Notes: generated from the sequence alone by a model not told the origin. 64,000 bases of DNA from Oikopleura dioica (GCA_907165135.1 CAJRAX010000007.1:67585-131584), one strand, 5' to 3'; shown: positions 20,751-34,633, counted from the stretch's first letter. Numbers and translations are program-made.

Positions 20751-23700
20751 TCAATAAATTCTAATTCACTTGCTCAGGTCGGAGATCATTTTTACGTCAA
20801 TGCTTCTGTATTTAATTCTGACGTCGTTTTCTTAGTTGATACGGGTTCCCAAGTTTGTACTATACAGAAAAAATTCGTTCCATCCGATTGTAAAATTGAA
20901 AAATCGTTTCTCCACGTCAATTCGTATAATAATAGTCCAGTAGAAATCGAAGGAATTATAGAAGCTAAAATTATGATAAATAACGAAAATTGGGGCCGTA
21001 CTTGGCTTCTCGTGGTTCCAAATAATTTTACGTCGATCTTAGGCTCTAATTTTTTGGAAGGAAACAATGTTCTTCTCAATCTAAAACGTCGAAAAATGAT
21101 TCAAGCAGGCCCAATCGAACGTCATACGCATCTCGTTTCTAATTCAAAGGCCCCAAATATCGCTTCTGTTTCTGATATTAATAATTGTTACAATGCTGTC
21201 TCTACTCAATCGTTTACGTTTAAAGCAAAAACCGAAACACTAATGGATTTGGAAGTAATCGGGCTAGATAAATCGTGTTCCTTGTTACTTGATGAGAGTG
21301 CGTTGAAAGGATCAAAATTGGAGATTATTCCTTCAATACAAACTGTGGATAAAGATGAAAAACGCTTCACAATCTTAGTCATAAATTCAACTGACGCTAG
21401 TATAAAAATTCCTCGAGGTACAGTCTTCGCTAAATTGCAGCAAGCGGCTCAAATTTCAAATGTCGGTGCTAGTAGTTCTCAAACCTTTGAATCAATTTTG
21501 AGTAAAATAAAAATCGGAGACATTCCAGCTGAATATGTGGAAGAATTTTTGACCTTCTTCGCCAGTATCTATTCCTTTTTCTTGATGAAGATGATTGCTT
21601 GCCTCCTGCAAAAATTGGTGAATTCTCTATTAACACGGGCGATCATCCGCCAGTTTGTTCCGCACCGTATCGGACAGCATACAGTTTGAGACCCGTTCTT
21701 AAAAACATTTTGGACGTCTACGAAAACCACGGAACAATCGAAAAATCAAATAGTCCTTGGAATAGCCCCTTGCTTTTAGTAGCTAAAAAGTCTGGTGATT
21801 GGAGGCTTGTGATAGATTTTCGAAAGTTGAACGCAGTTACAGTCCAAGCTAATTATCCACTTCCGAACCTTGAAGATTCGCTAAATTATCTCGCCGATAG
21901 TTCTATTTATAGCGTTGTCGATTTGTTCAAAGGTTTCCATCAGCTTCCGATCGAGGAGTCATCGAAGGAGAAAACCGCGTTTTCATGTGAATTCGGGCAG
22001 TACCAATTCAAAAGGATGCCTATGGGAACGCGGAATTCTCCTTCACATTTTGCTCGAGTAATGGATCAAGTTCTAGAGGGTATTCCAAGAACAGCCATAA
22101 CCGCATATTTAGACGATCTTATTGTTCATGCTCCTGATTTTCGAACTCATCTGGATAATTTGAAAAAATTGTTTAAAACTCTTGCTGTCTATTCGCTAAG
22201 ATTAAACGCTCGTAAAGCGGTCTTCTGTGTAAAAAAGGTTGTTTTTCTTGGATTCGAAGTCAAGAATGGTTGTATACGACCATCGCAATCAAGAGTGGAA
22301 GCAATTCGTGAGAGAGGAATCCCGAGAGACAGAGACGAAGCGATAAGTTTATTTGGGGCACTTTCGAGCCATAGACGTTTTATCGAAAATTTCGCAGAGA
22401 TTGCGTTGCCAATCTCAAAAACTTATCGTGGAAGATTTTCTTGGACAGATGAAGCGACAGAAGCGCTAGAAAATCTTAAAAATATAATTTGCAAAAAAGC
22501 TTTGGAACTTTCTCTTCCAAAGAAAAATTGCCGTTTCGTTGTTGAGTCAGATGCTTCAGATTCTGGCTACGGTGGCTGTTTGTCTATTTGTACTACTCCC
22601 CTTCTTCTGCATGATCATAATGAAAATTGTCTACGTCCTATCGCTTATCATTCAGCGAATTTTTCCGATTGTCAAAAACGCTACGTGACCGTCGAAAAAG
22701 AGCTTTTTAGCGGCATGTCTTGCATGGAGCGTTGGGCCCCATATCTCTTGTTTACTGAGTTTGACTGGATCGTCGATAATAGCTGTCTCAAATTCATTAA
22801 TACACTCAAAACGCAAAATCGCAAAATTCAGAGATGGATAGCGAATATCCAAAGTTTTAATTATAAACCGATTCAAAAACGATCTCGGGATATGAAAATA
22901 AGCGATTACCTTAGCCGACCAAATAATTTCGCGGAGAAACCTCAAATCAACCAAATTTCCTTCTCGGAAAAAGACTTTATTCATTTTCAAAAATTAGATC
23001 CTATTTTGGAGCAGATTTTTAAATTTATCAACATAAATCGATGGCCTAACTCAACGTCTGATTCCAAGCTCGCTTTTTACCGTTTGTACCGCGATAAATT
23101 TGTTATTCAAAAGGATGGCTCTCTTACGCTTGTTGATCTTCTTGGAAAAACCCGAATTTGCGTTCCGGACGCGCTTGAGAATGAATTAATTTCAAATTAT
23201 CATGTTAACTCAGGCCATGACGGCATGGATATTTGTTTGCAGAAGCTGTCAACAAAATATATTTGGCCAAATATGCGCGAATCTATTTCTGAATTTATAA
23301 GACGCTGTGTTCACTGTCAGACTTGTAAGCCAAATACTCATCCAAATCGTCCTCCGCAGGGAAAAAGTGAAACTCCTTCGGCCCCATTTCAAAATTTTGC
23401 TATCGATTTGATTGGCCCACTTCGCCCAACTGACAATGGCAATCAGTATTGTTTGACTGCGATTGATCTTTTTTCAAAAAAAGTTTACGCTGAGCCTTTG
23501 ACATCAAAAACAAAAATTGAAGTATTAGAAAAATTCAAGCGCATTATTTTTACGATCCCACATATGCCAGAAGGAGTGCTAAGCGATAATGGCGGTGAAT
23601 TTTCGGCAGTTGCGAAATTTTTAATGGAAAAAGGAGTAAAACATAAACTAAGCCCACCGCGACATCCACAATCTAACGGTTGTATCGAAAACGCTAATCG

Positions 23701-25436
23701 TACTATAAAATCACGTCTTCGAGCAAGTTGCAATATGAATAACTGGGACTTGTTTCTTTATCAAGCGATTCACGGAATAAATAGCAGTGTTCATTCCGTT
23801 TCTAAGTTTAGCCCTTTTCAAATTGAGACAGGACTTGCGGAAGCCCATAATCCTAACGACCCGCTTTTTCGTAAATACGGTCAAAGAATTAATATTGCTT
23901 TCGATGAAATTAAAGAAAAAATTGATAAGGAAAAAACAACGAGGTTGGAAAAATTTAAAAATGATAAATTTATTGAATACGAGATTGGTCAAAAGTTTTG
24001 ATTAAAAATTTTAACGCTTCGTATCCGCCCTTTATTGGACCATATACAATTACAAATAAATCCCCGACTGGCACTTGGTATGACCTCAAAAATTTAAAAA
24101 CGGGTAGGGAATACAGAAGACACGGAATTGATATGCGAAAGTTCTATGAGCCCCTGGTCGAGCCTGGAAATTTTTTGAATAATGAAACGCGCAAAATCAG
24201 TAATTCCAACCTTGAAACTTGTTCTGGAATTCCTGTTTTTCAACCAAAATTTGGACTAGAATTAGAATCTGAGAATGAAAATATAGGTTGTTTTTCAGCC
24301 GTTTACCCAGAAAAACGTTCGATTGAGCAAAGTCCTCATTCAATAAACCAAGAGCTTTCAAATGAAGCGAATTCATGTGAGGAAATTGCCCAGTCCGGTC
24401 CCGAGATTTCTCAAAATGACAATTTTTCTGAATGCAAAAGTTCATCGGAGTCGGAATCTTCGGAATCTATGGCCAAAGCGCAAAGCACAAGCTCAGATTC
24501 AACCTTTGAAATTGATCAGAATATTCCTGCCCCGATGGACCCACTTCTTAAACTAAAAACACCAAAAAGACCCGAATCATGTAGACCAAAATCCGCTAAA
24601 AAATTAACCGATTTTTCTGATAATTCCGAAATAGATCATGAGTCGGAACTCAGACCTTTCGAAGTGGAAGACGCTGAGGTAGATAACATATCAAAAAATG
24701 ACACTTTGGCGTCTCCCATTCCGAATGGTAATATTTTTCATGTGGTAAAAACGCCCGATAGTAGTCCTGCAAAAAACCATTCGAGTTTAGATAATCATAA
24801 TTTAGAGCACATAACTGAAACCGAGACTCGACTAAATATTGAAAATAACACGCCCGATTTAACAAGTTTTGACGAATTAAACGTTAGTCATAATCCACTA
24901 AAACGCGTTCGAGAATCTTCTAAAGACTCCATTTCAACACCACAGAAAGTACATATTTTGGACAGCAATAATTTTGAAATAGCTCTTCAAACGAAAGAAA
25001 ATTCCCCTGATATTAACAATATGGATTTTTCGATTCAGATAAAATTGGAAAATGAAAATCAAGAGTTGTTTGAATTGTTCGAAGCTAAATACGAGCAGAT
25101 CAAACAAAATATGGCTGTAGAAAGAGGAATTTTTTGTAAACTGAGCGAATTGTCGATTCTTATGCTCAGATTCATTAGTCATAAATTCAAACTAAATGAT
25201 AACAATGAAAACGCAGCTGAATTACGAATAAAAATAAGGGATCACATCAACAAAAATTTTGCCAACTGGAAAAAATCATCGAATGGAGAATATCTATTTT
25301 ATGGTGTTTTCATGGTTCTAAAACCGACTAAACTTAGCGATTTAAATAAAACAGAGCTGAAGGCTCTTGCGGTTTTTATAATATTCAAAATATTTTTCAT
25401 CTTCGCAAAGCCGAAATGGAGGCCATAATCGAATAA
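20700..25436 (+). CDS. pol: pol of C copy 1 (PR-RT-RH-IN plus C-terminal domain), three homopolymer indels
   Basis: FLVDTGS, YLDD, ESDAS, HHCC, AIDLIG, SDNGG, NGCIENANR, FIGPY; each break is absent in copy 2. Confidence 0.92.
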
Positions 25437-25635
25437 TATTTTTCCAGCAATTTTCCAAATCATGAGCGAGTTGATAATGAGCTTTTATTTAGTCCTGACA
25501 CGGAAGTATAAATTTTTCTTTCGCTAGGGTAGCTCGAGACAGAAGTTATTTTAATCATCTTTTAAGAGAATTATACCGTTGATCACTGTCAAAAAAAAGG
25601 AAGAAAAATAGTTCCAGACCCGTAAGTGGTCACAG

Positions 25636-27045
25636 TGATACAATAGTGAAAAAATAAGGATAAAAAAAAAATTAATTCTATAATTCTTTTCACGGTTAAA
25701 ATAAACTTCAAAGCCAGTCTCAAGATACTCTCCCCAAAAGTCACGATACTGTAAAAAGATAGCGTTTAATATCGCTCAAACCTTCTCCTCACGGTCAAAT
25801 CATAATTCACTTGTAAATGATATGCTTGCGCTCATACGTTCAATCAGTGCTAGAACCATTATTGAACCTCTATGACAAGCGAGCTATCGATCGTTGGCTC
25901 TTCTGGAAAATGCTCTCATTATTTCAATCGGTTCGGGATTAAAATAAGCGGTTCTTCAGTCTAGGCATAATTTACACGTACGCGTGTGTTGATAAAAACT
26001 GTACATATTATTCGGTAACTATTTCATCCTAGCCGCTTATTCCCATTGTTTTATTGCTTCAAAAAATTTCAAAATTGCTCTCATCTGCATGAAAAAAAAA
26101 TCCGTTTTGCATGATCCAAATTTCATATTGAATATGCTCTTTATTATTATTCGAGAATAATTATTGCGCGCATGATTATTAAATTCGCATTTATTCGCTC
26201 AATTATAATCCCTCGCTGTTCGAGGATTTATTCTCTTGATTCTAGTCTCATTACTGCACGATCTGACGACAACAACGACGAATGCGAGTTCTACCGCCTC
26301 GCCAACTCTTCAAAGACGACTTCAAAAGGCACTCCTGGGCGAGCCGGATGGCAAGCTTCTACAGCTGCAGATACTGGAGATCTTCGAGGTTCCTTATCTC
26401 CGATAAGGCTTGACGCAAAGTAATGAGTCCAATGAACCGCGTCAGTAACTGCCCGAAGGTGAGCCGAAGTACTTTTTCATATTTATACGCATTTATTTTA
26501 ATCTGTAATAATCTTTTAATTTAACTGTAATGCTTAATTTATTTGTTCTCTCTTTTCTCGTTGTTATAATGATTAACTGGCCTAATTATTATAATCATCT
26601 TTATTTGTGCTTTTTATTTACTTTGTTTTAAAATCTTTTCTATAATCCTGGAACGACTCAGCAGCGCAATACGCTTATTGGCGCCTTTAAACCCTTCACC
26701 TGTTCGCTCTTTAAAACGAAAAATTGCTTCGAGAACCCGGCTCAAGCTCAAGAAAAATGATCTGAAAAGATCGCAAAAATATTCATCCGGATGAACTTCA
26801 GCGAACTGTTTATTTTCAATTCATGAAAATCATGCTTTATTTGCGTGCGCCTATTATTATGTTTTTGTTTACGAATTGCAGCTGCGCTAAAAGATGCATT
26901 TCGCTCACCGCCAAAATATCCTCAGACTTACAATAAACTCCCAACAAGCGAAAGCTTTCAATTTTTATCGAATTATTTGCAGGGAAAATTAATTAGTGTT
27001 AGAAAAATTTTAATTGCAATCAACGAAGAGACCTCGATTGTATCA
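25636..27045 (+). repeat. Shared middle LTR of the C tandem
   Basis: Preceded by GTGGTCACAG like a 3' LTR and followed by TGGCGAGCAC like a 5' LTR. Confidence 0.96.
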
Positions 27046-28293
27046 TGGCGAGCACAGAGACCACGAACCCACAACAGAAGCCACCAAATTGTAAGTCCCC
27101 GGTAGAATGGTTAAATAGCTCAACCCTTTTCTGTGTCGCCCCAGGGCAGAAATTTCTGAAAGATATGAAATTTTTTGAAATGTCTCTCTTGAAGGAAGAA
27201 ATCTCTGACCGGATAAATAGAGCAAAATGGATCTTTGAATCGTCGATAAAAGCCCATTCTCCTGATAATAAGACAGAGCTTTTGCGACAGTTTGAGAGAC
27301 AAGCAGGTTCTTTTATCATGAGTTGCTGCGGGATCAAGTTCTTTCAGGAGCACGGCGAGGAAATTTCTTGCCTTGAGTCGGCACAAGAAAAATTAGAATT
27401 TATTACCGGTTTTTTCGAAGAAGAATCGCCTGAAATAAGAGTCCAAAGAGCTAAAGAGAAACTCGAATCTCTCGTGCGCCGTATCGACTCATCTGAAAGT
27501 TTTGCTTCATTTTATAAAAGGATAAAAGCGTGCGCGGCTCTTATTTCAAGCGAAAAAATCGCCCAAGATTATATAATATAATATAATTTATATTGCTTCA
27601 GAAAAATTTAAGGGTAGCATTTCACCGGATAACGCATCGTTTTTACGGGATAATTTAAAAATGAAGGAGTCATGTGAGGCTATCGCACAATTTTTGGACA
27701 GTAGAGGGCGCCACGTGAAACCGAAACCTACAGCCGATATCGCCCAAATTCAAGTTGAGAGTCAGATTTCAAAGTTGATGGATAACCAGGCAGTCCTTAT
27801 CGCCAAACAAGCCAAAAATTTTGAATCAGCTGTTCAAGCCATCGAGGCTCGCGCAGAGAAAAATACAGCGGAATTACTTGACCAGATTAAAAATTTGACT
27901 TCTGAAATCTGTGCGCTCAAAATCGAAAAGCCTTCTTTTTTGCCTTCACAAGGGTTTCATCCTCAAAATCGTTTTATTGCCCCAAATCAAGGCCCATTCC
28001 AACCTCAATTTACTAACCCGAGTCCCCCCTTTTTCCGGCCGCGCAACCCCTACGCTCAGCAACGCTTTCCGGCCGGCCAGGGCCAACAAGGTCCCCGCCC
28101 TTCTATCGCTAGATATTGCCGCTTTTGTCAGACAAACGATCATTTCCGCAGTAATTGCCCTTATGTTACTTGCTTCGGATGTAATCAAAAAGGCCACATG
28201 CAAAATAATTGCCCTCTCAATAACGGTCAAGCTCAAAACGCGCCTCAGCCCCGTTTTTCTGCCCCACAAGGTCCAAGAGCTTCTTTAAACTAA
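27045..28293 (+). pseudogene. gag: gag of C copy 2 with the same (ATAAT)n insertion and stop at ~27570-27590
   Basis: ORF 27045-27581 ends QDYII*; the homologous sequence resumes in the +1 frame (EKFKGSISPDNASFLRDN). Confidence 0.85.
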
Positions 28294-31200
28294 ATAATGG
28301 TAGCCATTTAGGCCAGAATGAACTACCAATTATTTCAATAAATTCTAATTCACTTGCTCAGGTCGGAGATCATTTTTACGTCAATGCTTCTGTATTTAAT
28401 TCTGACGTCGTTTTCTTAGTTGATACGGGTTCCCAAGTTTGTACTATACAGAAAAAAATTCGTTCCATCCGATTGTAAAATTGAAAAATCGTTTCTCCAC
28501 GTCAATTCGTATAATAATAGTCCAGTAGAAATCGAAGGAATTATAGAAGCTAAAATTATGATAAATAACGAAAATTGGGGCCGTACTTGGCTTCTCGTGG
28601 TTCCAAATAATTTTACGTCGATCTTAGGCTCTAATTTTTTGGAAGGAAACAATGTTCTTCTCAATCTAAAACGTCGAAAAATGATTCAAGCAGGCCCAAT
28701 CGAACGTCATACGCATCTCGTTTCTAATTCAAAGGCCCCAAATATCGCTTCTGTTTCTGATATTAATAATTGTTACAATGCTGTCTCTACTCAATCGTTT
28801 ACGTTTAAAGCAAAAACCGAAACACTAATGGATTTGGAAGTAATCGGGCTAGATAAATCGTGTTCCTTGTTACTTGATGAGAGTGCGTTGAAAGGATCAA
28901 AATTGGAGATTATTCCTTCAATACAAACTGTGGATAAAGATGAAAAACGCTTCACAATCTTAGTCATAAATTCAACTGACGCTAGTATAAAAATTCCTCG
29001 AGGTACAGTCTTCGCTAAATTGCAGCAAGCGGCTCAAATTTCAAATGTCGGTGCTAGTAGTTCTCAAACCTTTGAATCAATTTTGAGTAAAATAAAAATC
29101 GGAGACATTCCAGCTGAATATGTGGAAGAATTTTTTGACCTTCTTCGCCAGTATCTATTCCTTTTTCTTGATGAAGATGATTGCTTGCCTCCTGCAAAAA
29201 TTGGTGAATTCTCTATTAACACGGGCGATCATCCGCCAGTTTGTTCCGCACCGTATCGGACAGCATACAGTTTGAGACCCGTTCTTAAAAACATTTTGGA
29301 CGTCTACGAAAACCACGGAACAATCGAAAAATCAAATAGTCCTTGGAATAGCCCCTTGCTTTTAGTAGCTAAAAAGTCTGGTGATTGGAGGCTTGTGATA
29401 GATTTTCGAAAGTTGAACGCAGTTACAGTCCAAGCTAATTATCCACTTCCGAACCTTGAAGATTCGCTAAATTATCTCGCCGATAGTTCTATTTATAGCG
29501 TTGTCGATTTGTTCAAAGGTTTCCATCAGCTTCCGATCGAGGAGTCATCGAAGGAGAAAACCGCGTTTTCATGTGAATTCGGGCAGTACCAATTCAAAAG
29601 GATGCCTATGGGAACGCGGAATTCTCCTTCACATTTTGCTCGAGTAATGGATCAAGTTCTAGAGGGTATTCCAAGAACAGCCATAACCGCATATTTAGAC
29701 GATCTTATTGTTCATGCTCCTGATTTTCGAACTCATCTGGATAATTTGAAAAAATTGTTTAAAACTCTTGCTGTCTATTCGCTAAGATTAAACGCTCGTA
29801 AAGCGGTCTTCTGTGTAAAAAAGGTTGTTTTTCTTGGATTCGAAGTCAAGAATGGTTGTATACGACCATCGCAATCAAGAGTGGAAGCAATTCGTGAGAG
29901 AGGAATCCCGAGAGACAGAGACGAAGCGATAAGTTTATTTGGGGCACTTTCGAGCCATAGACGTTTTATCGAAAATTTCGCAGAGATTGCGTTGCCAATC
30001 TCAAAAACTTATCGTGGAAGATTTTCTTGGACAGATGAAGCGACAGAAGCGCTAGAAAATCTTAAAAATATAATTTGCAAAAAAGCTTTGGAACTTTCTC
30101 TTCCAAAGAAAAATTGCCGTTTCGTTGTTGAGTCAGATGCTTCAGATTCTGGCTACGGTGGCTGTTTGTCTATTTGTACTACTCCCCTTCTTCTGCATGA
30201 TCATAATGAAAATTGTCTACGTCCTATCGCTTATCATTCAGCGAATTTTTCCGATTGTCAAAAACGCTACGTGACCGTCGAAAAAGAGCTTTTTAGCGGC
30301 ATGTCTTGCATGGAGCGTTGGGCCCCATATCTCTTGTTTACTGAGTTTGACTGGATCGTCGATAATAGCTGTCTCAAATTCATTAATACACTCAAAACGC
30401 AAAATCGCAAAATTCAGAGATGGATAGCGAATATCCAAAGTTTTAATTATAAACCGATTCAAAAACGATCTCGGGATATGAAAATAAGCGATTACCTTAG
30501 CCGACCAAATAATTTCGCGGAGAAACCTCAAATCAACCAAATTTCCTTCTCGGAAAAAGACTTTATTCATTTTCAAAAATTAGATCCTATTTTGGAGCAG
30601 ATTTTTAAATTTATCAACATAAATCGATGGCCTAACTCAACGTCTGATTCCAAGCTCGCTTTTTACCGTTTGTACCGCGATAAATTTGTTATTCAAAAGG
30701 ATGGCTCTCTTACGCTTGTTGATCTTCTTGGAAAAACCCGAATTTGCGTTCCGGACGCGCTTGAGAATGAATTAATTTCAAATTATCATGTTAACTCAGG
30801 CCATGACGGCATGGATATTTGTTTGCAGAAGCTGTCAACAAAATATATTTGGCCAAATATGCGCGAATCTATTTCTGAATTTATAAGACGCTGTGTTCAC
30901 TGTCAGACTTGTAAGCCAAATACTCATCCAAATCGTCCTCCGCAGGGAAAAAGTGAAACTCCTTCGGCCCCATTTCAAAATTTTGCTATCGATTTGATTG
31001 GCCCACTTCGCCCAACTGACAATGGCAATCAGTATTGTTTGACTGCGATTGATCTTTTTTCAAAAAAAGTTTACGCTGAGCCTTTGACATCAAAAACAAA
31101 AATTGAAGTATTAGAAAAATTCAAGCGCATTATTTTTACGATCCCACATATGCCAGAAGGAGTGCTAAGCGATAATGGCGGTGAATTTTCGGCAGTTGCG

Positions 31201-33023
31201 AAATTTTTAATGGAAAAAGGAGTAAAACATAAACTAAGCCCACCGCGACATCCACAATCTAACGGTTGTATCGAAAACGCTAATCGTACTATAAAATCAC
31301 GTCTTCGAGCAAGTTGCAATATGAATAACTGGGACTTGTTTCTTTATCAAGCGATTCACGGAATAAATAGCAGTGTTCATTCCGTTTCTAAGTTTAGCCC
31401 TTTTCAAATTGAGACAGGACTTGCGGAAGCCCATAATCCTAACGACCCGCTTTTTCGTAAATACGGTCAAAGAATTAATATTGCTTTCGATGAAATTAAA
31501 GAAAAAATTGATAAGGAAAAAACAACGAGGTTGGAAAAATTTAAAAATGATAAATTTATTGAATACGAGATTGGTCAAAAAGTTTTGATTAAAAATTTTA
31601 ACGCTTCGTATCCGCCCTTTATTGGACCATATACAATTACAAATAAATCCCCGACTGGCACTTGGTATGACCTCAAAAATTTAAAAACGGGTAGGGAATA
31701 CAGAAGACACGGAATTGATATGCGAAAGTTCTATGAGCCCCTGGTCGAGCCTGGAAATTTTTTGAATAATGAAACGCGCAAAATCAGTAATTCCAACCTT
31801 GAAACTTGTTCTGGAATTCCTGTTTTTCAACCAAAATTTGGACTAGAATTAGAATCTGAGAATGAAAATATAGGTTGTTTTTCAGCCGTTTACCCAGAAA
31901 AACGTTCGATTGAGCAAAGTCCTCATTCAATAAACCAAGAGCTTTCAAATGAAGCGAATTCATGTGAGGAAATTGCCCAGTCCGGTCCCGAGATTTCTCA
32001 AAATGACAATTTTTCTGAATGCAAAAGTTCATCGGAGTCGGAATCTTCGGAATCTATGGCCAAAGCGCAAAGCACAAGCTCAGATTCAACCTTTGAAATT
32101 GATCAGAATATTCCTGCCCCGATGGACCCACTTCTTAAACTAAAAACACCAAAAAGACCCGAATCATGTAGACCAAAATCCGCTAAAAAATTAACCGATT
32201 TTTCTGATAATTCCGAAATAGATCATGAGTCGGAACTCAGACCTTTCGAAGTGGAAGACGCTGAGGTAGATAACATATCAAAAAATGACACTTTGGCGTC
32301 TCCCATTCCGAATGGTAATATTTTTCATGTGGTAAAAACGCCCGATAGTAGTCCTGCAAAAAACCATTCGAGTTTAGATAATCATAATTTAGAGCACATA
32401 ACTGAAACCGAGACTCGACTAAATATTGAAAATAACACGCCCGATTTAACAAGTTTTGACGAATTAAACGTTAGTCATAATCCACTAAAACGCGTTCGAG
32501 AATCTTCTAAAGACTCCATTTCAACACCACAGAAAGTACATATTTTGGACAGCAATAATTTTGAAATAGCTCTTCAAACGAAAGAAAATTCCCTGATATT
32601 AACAATATGGATTTTTCGATTCAGATAAAATTGGAAAATGAAAATCAAGAGTTGTTTGAATTGTTCGAAGCTAAATACGAGCAGATCAAACAAAATATGG
32701 CTGTAGAAAGAGGAATTTTTTGTAAACTGAGCGAATTGTCGATTCTTATGCTCAGATTCATTAGTCATAAATTCAAACTAAATGATAACAATGAAAACGC
32801 AGCTGAATTACGAATAAAAATAAGGGATCACATCAACAAAAATTTTGCCAACTGGAAAAAATCATCGAATGGAGAATATCTATTTTATGGTGTTTTCATG
32901 GTTCTAAAACCGACTAAACTTAGCGATTTAAATAAAACAGAGCTGAAGGCTCTTGCGGTTTTTTATAATATTCAAAATATTTTTCATCTTCGCAAAGCCG
33001 AAATGGAGGCCATAATCGAATAA
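28284..33023 (+). CDS. pol: pol of C copy 2, two homopolymer indels (~28452 and ~32590)
   Basis: ORFs 28420-32628 and 32607-33023; same motifs as copy 1. Confidence 0.92.
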
Positions 33024-33223
33024 TATTTTTCCAGCAATTTTCCAAATCATGAGCGAGTTGATAATGAGCTTTTATTTAGTCCTGACACGGAAGTATAAAT
33101 TTTTCTTTCGCTAGGGTAGCTCGAGACAGAAGTTATTTTAATCATCTTTTAAGAGAATTATACCGTTGATCACTGTCAAAAAAAAAGGAAGAAAAATAGT
33201 TCCAGACCCGTAAGTGGTCACAG

Positions 33224-34633
33224 TGATACAATAGTGAAAAAATAAGGATAAAAAAAAAATTAATTCTATAATTCTTTTCACGGTTAAAATAAACTTCAAA
33301 GCCAGTCTCAAGATACTCTCCCCAAAAGTCACGATACTGTAAAAAGATAGCGTTTAATATCGCTCAAACCTTCTCCTCACGGTCAAATCATAATTCACTT
33401 GTAAATGATATGCTTGCGCTCATACGTTCAATCAGTGCTAGAACCATTATTGAACCTCTATGACAAGCGAGCTATCGATCGTTGGCTCTTCTGGAAAATG
33501 CTCTCATTATTTCAATCGGTTCGGGATTAAAATAAGCGGTTCTTCAGTCTAGGCATAATTTACACGTACGCGTGTGTTGATAAAAACTGTACATATTATT
33601 CGGTAACTATTTCATCCTAGCCGCTTATTCCCATTGTTTTATTGCTTCAAAAAATTTCAAAATTGCTCTCATCTGCATGAAAAAAAAATCCGTTTTGCAT
33701 GATCCAAATTTCATATTGAATATGCTCTTTATTATTATTCGAGAATAATTATTGCGCGCATGATTATTAAATTCGCATTTATTCGCTCAATTATAATCCC
33801 TCGCTGTTCGAGGATTTATTCTCTTGATTCTAGTCTCATTACTGCACGATCTGACGACAACAACGACGAATGCGAGTTCTACCGCCTCGCCAACTCTTCA
33901 AAGACGACTTCAAAAGGCACTCCTGGGCGAGCCGGATGGCAAGCTTCTACAGCTGCAGATACTGGAGATCTTCGAGGTTCCTTATCTCCGATAAGGCTTG
34001 ACGCAAAGTAATGAGTCCAATGAACCGCGTCAGTAACTGCCCGAAGGTGAGCCGAAGTACTTTTTCATATTTATACGCATTTATTTTAATCTGTAATAAT
34101 CTTTTAATTTAACTGTAATGCTTAATTTATTTGTTCTCTCTTTTCTCGTTGTTATAATGATTAACTGGCCTAATTATTATAATCATCTTCATTTGTGCTT
34201 TTTATTTACTTTGTTTTAAAATCTTTTCTATAATCCTGGAACGACTCAGCAGCGCAATACGCTTATTGGCGCCTTTAAACCCTTCACCTGTTCGCTCTTT
34301 AAAACGAAAAATTGCTTCGAGAACCCGGCTCAAGCTCAAGAAAAATGATCTGAAAAGATCGCAAAAATATTCATCCGGATGAACTTCAGCGAACTGTTTA
34401 TTTTCAATTCATGAAAATCATGCTTTATTTGCGTGCGCCTATTATTATGTTTTTGTTTACGAATTGCAGCTGCGCTAAAAGATGCATTTCGCTCACCGCC
34501 AAAATATCCTCAGACTTACAATAAACTCCCAACAAGCGAAAGCTTTCAATTTTTATCGAATTATTTGCAGGGAAAATTAATTAGTGTTAGAAAAATTTTA
34601 ATTGCAATCAACGAAGAGACCTCGATTGTATCA
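33224..34633 (+). repeat. LTR 3 of C
   Basis: Direct repeat of LTR 1 and LTR 2; followed by TSD CTGAA and satellite. Confidence 0.96.

Larger units (their letters stand above)
18055..34633 (+). mobile_element. Ty3/gypsy element C as a tandem dimer (LTR-int-LTR-int-LTR) with a single TSD CTGAA
   Basis: Three ~1.41-kb LTRs and two near-identical internal regions; CTGAA at 18050-18054 and 34634-34638. Confidence 0.96.

Noticed and set aside
25629-25665. V(D)J recombination signal: CACAGTG heptamer across the 3' LTR junction of C and B
   Set aside because: No ACAAAAACC-like nonamer at 12 or 23 nt, and the heptamer is absent in A and D.
19435-32452. Numerous short antisense or alternate-frame ORFs overlapping gag and pol
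   Set aside because: Shadow frames of coding sequence; not conserved between families.
8231-33023. Treating the frameshifts in B, C and D pol as real inactivation
   Set aside because: They fall in A/T/C homopolymer runs and differ between otherwise near-identical C copies, so read error is more likely; only the B TGA, the C TAA and the C gag insertion were kept as real.
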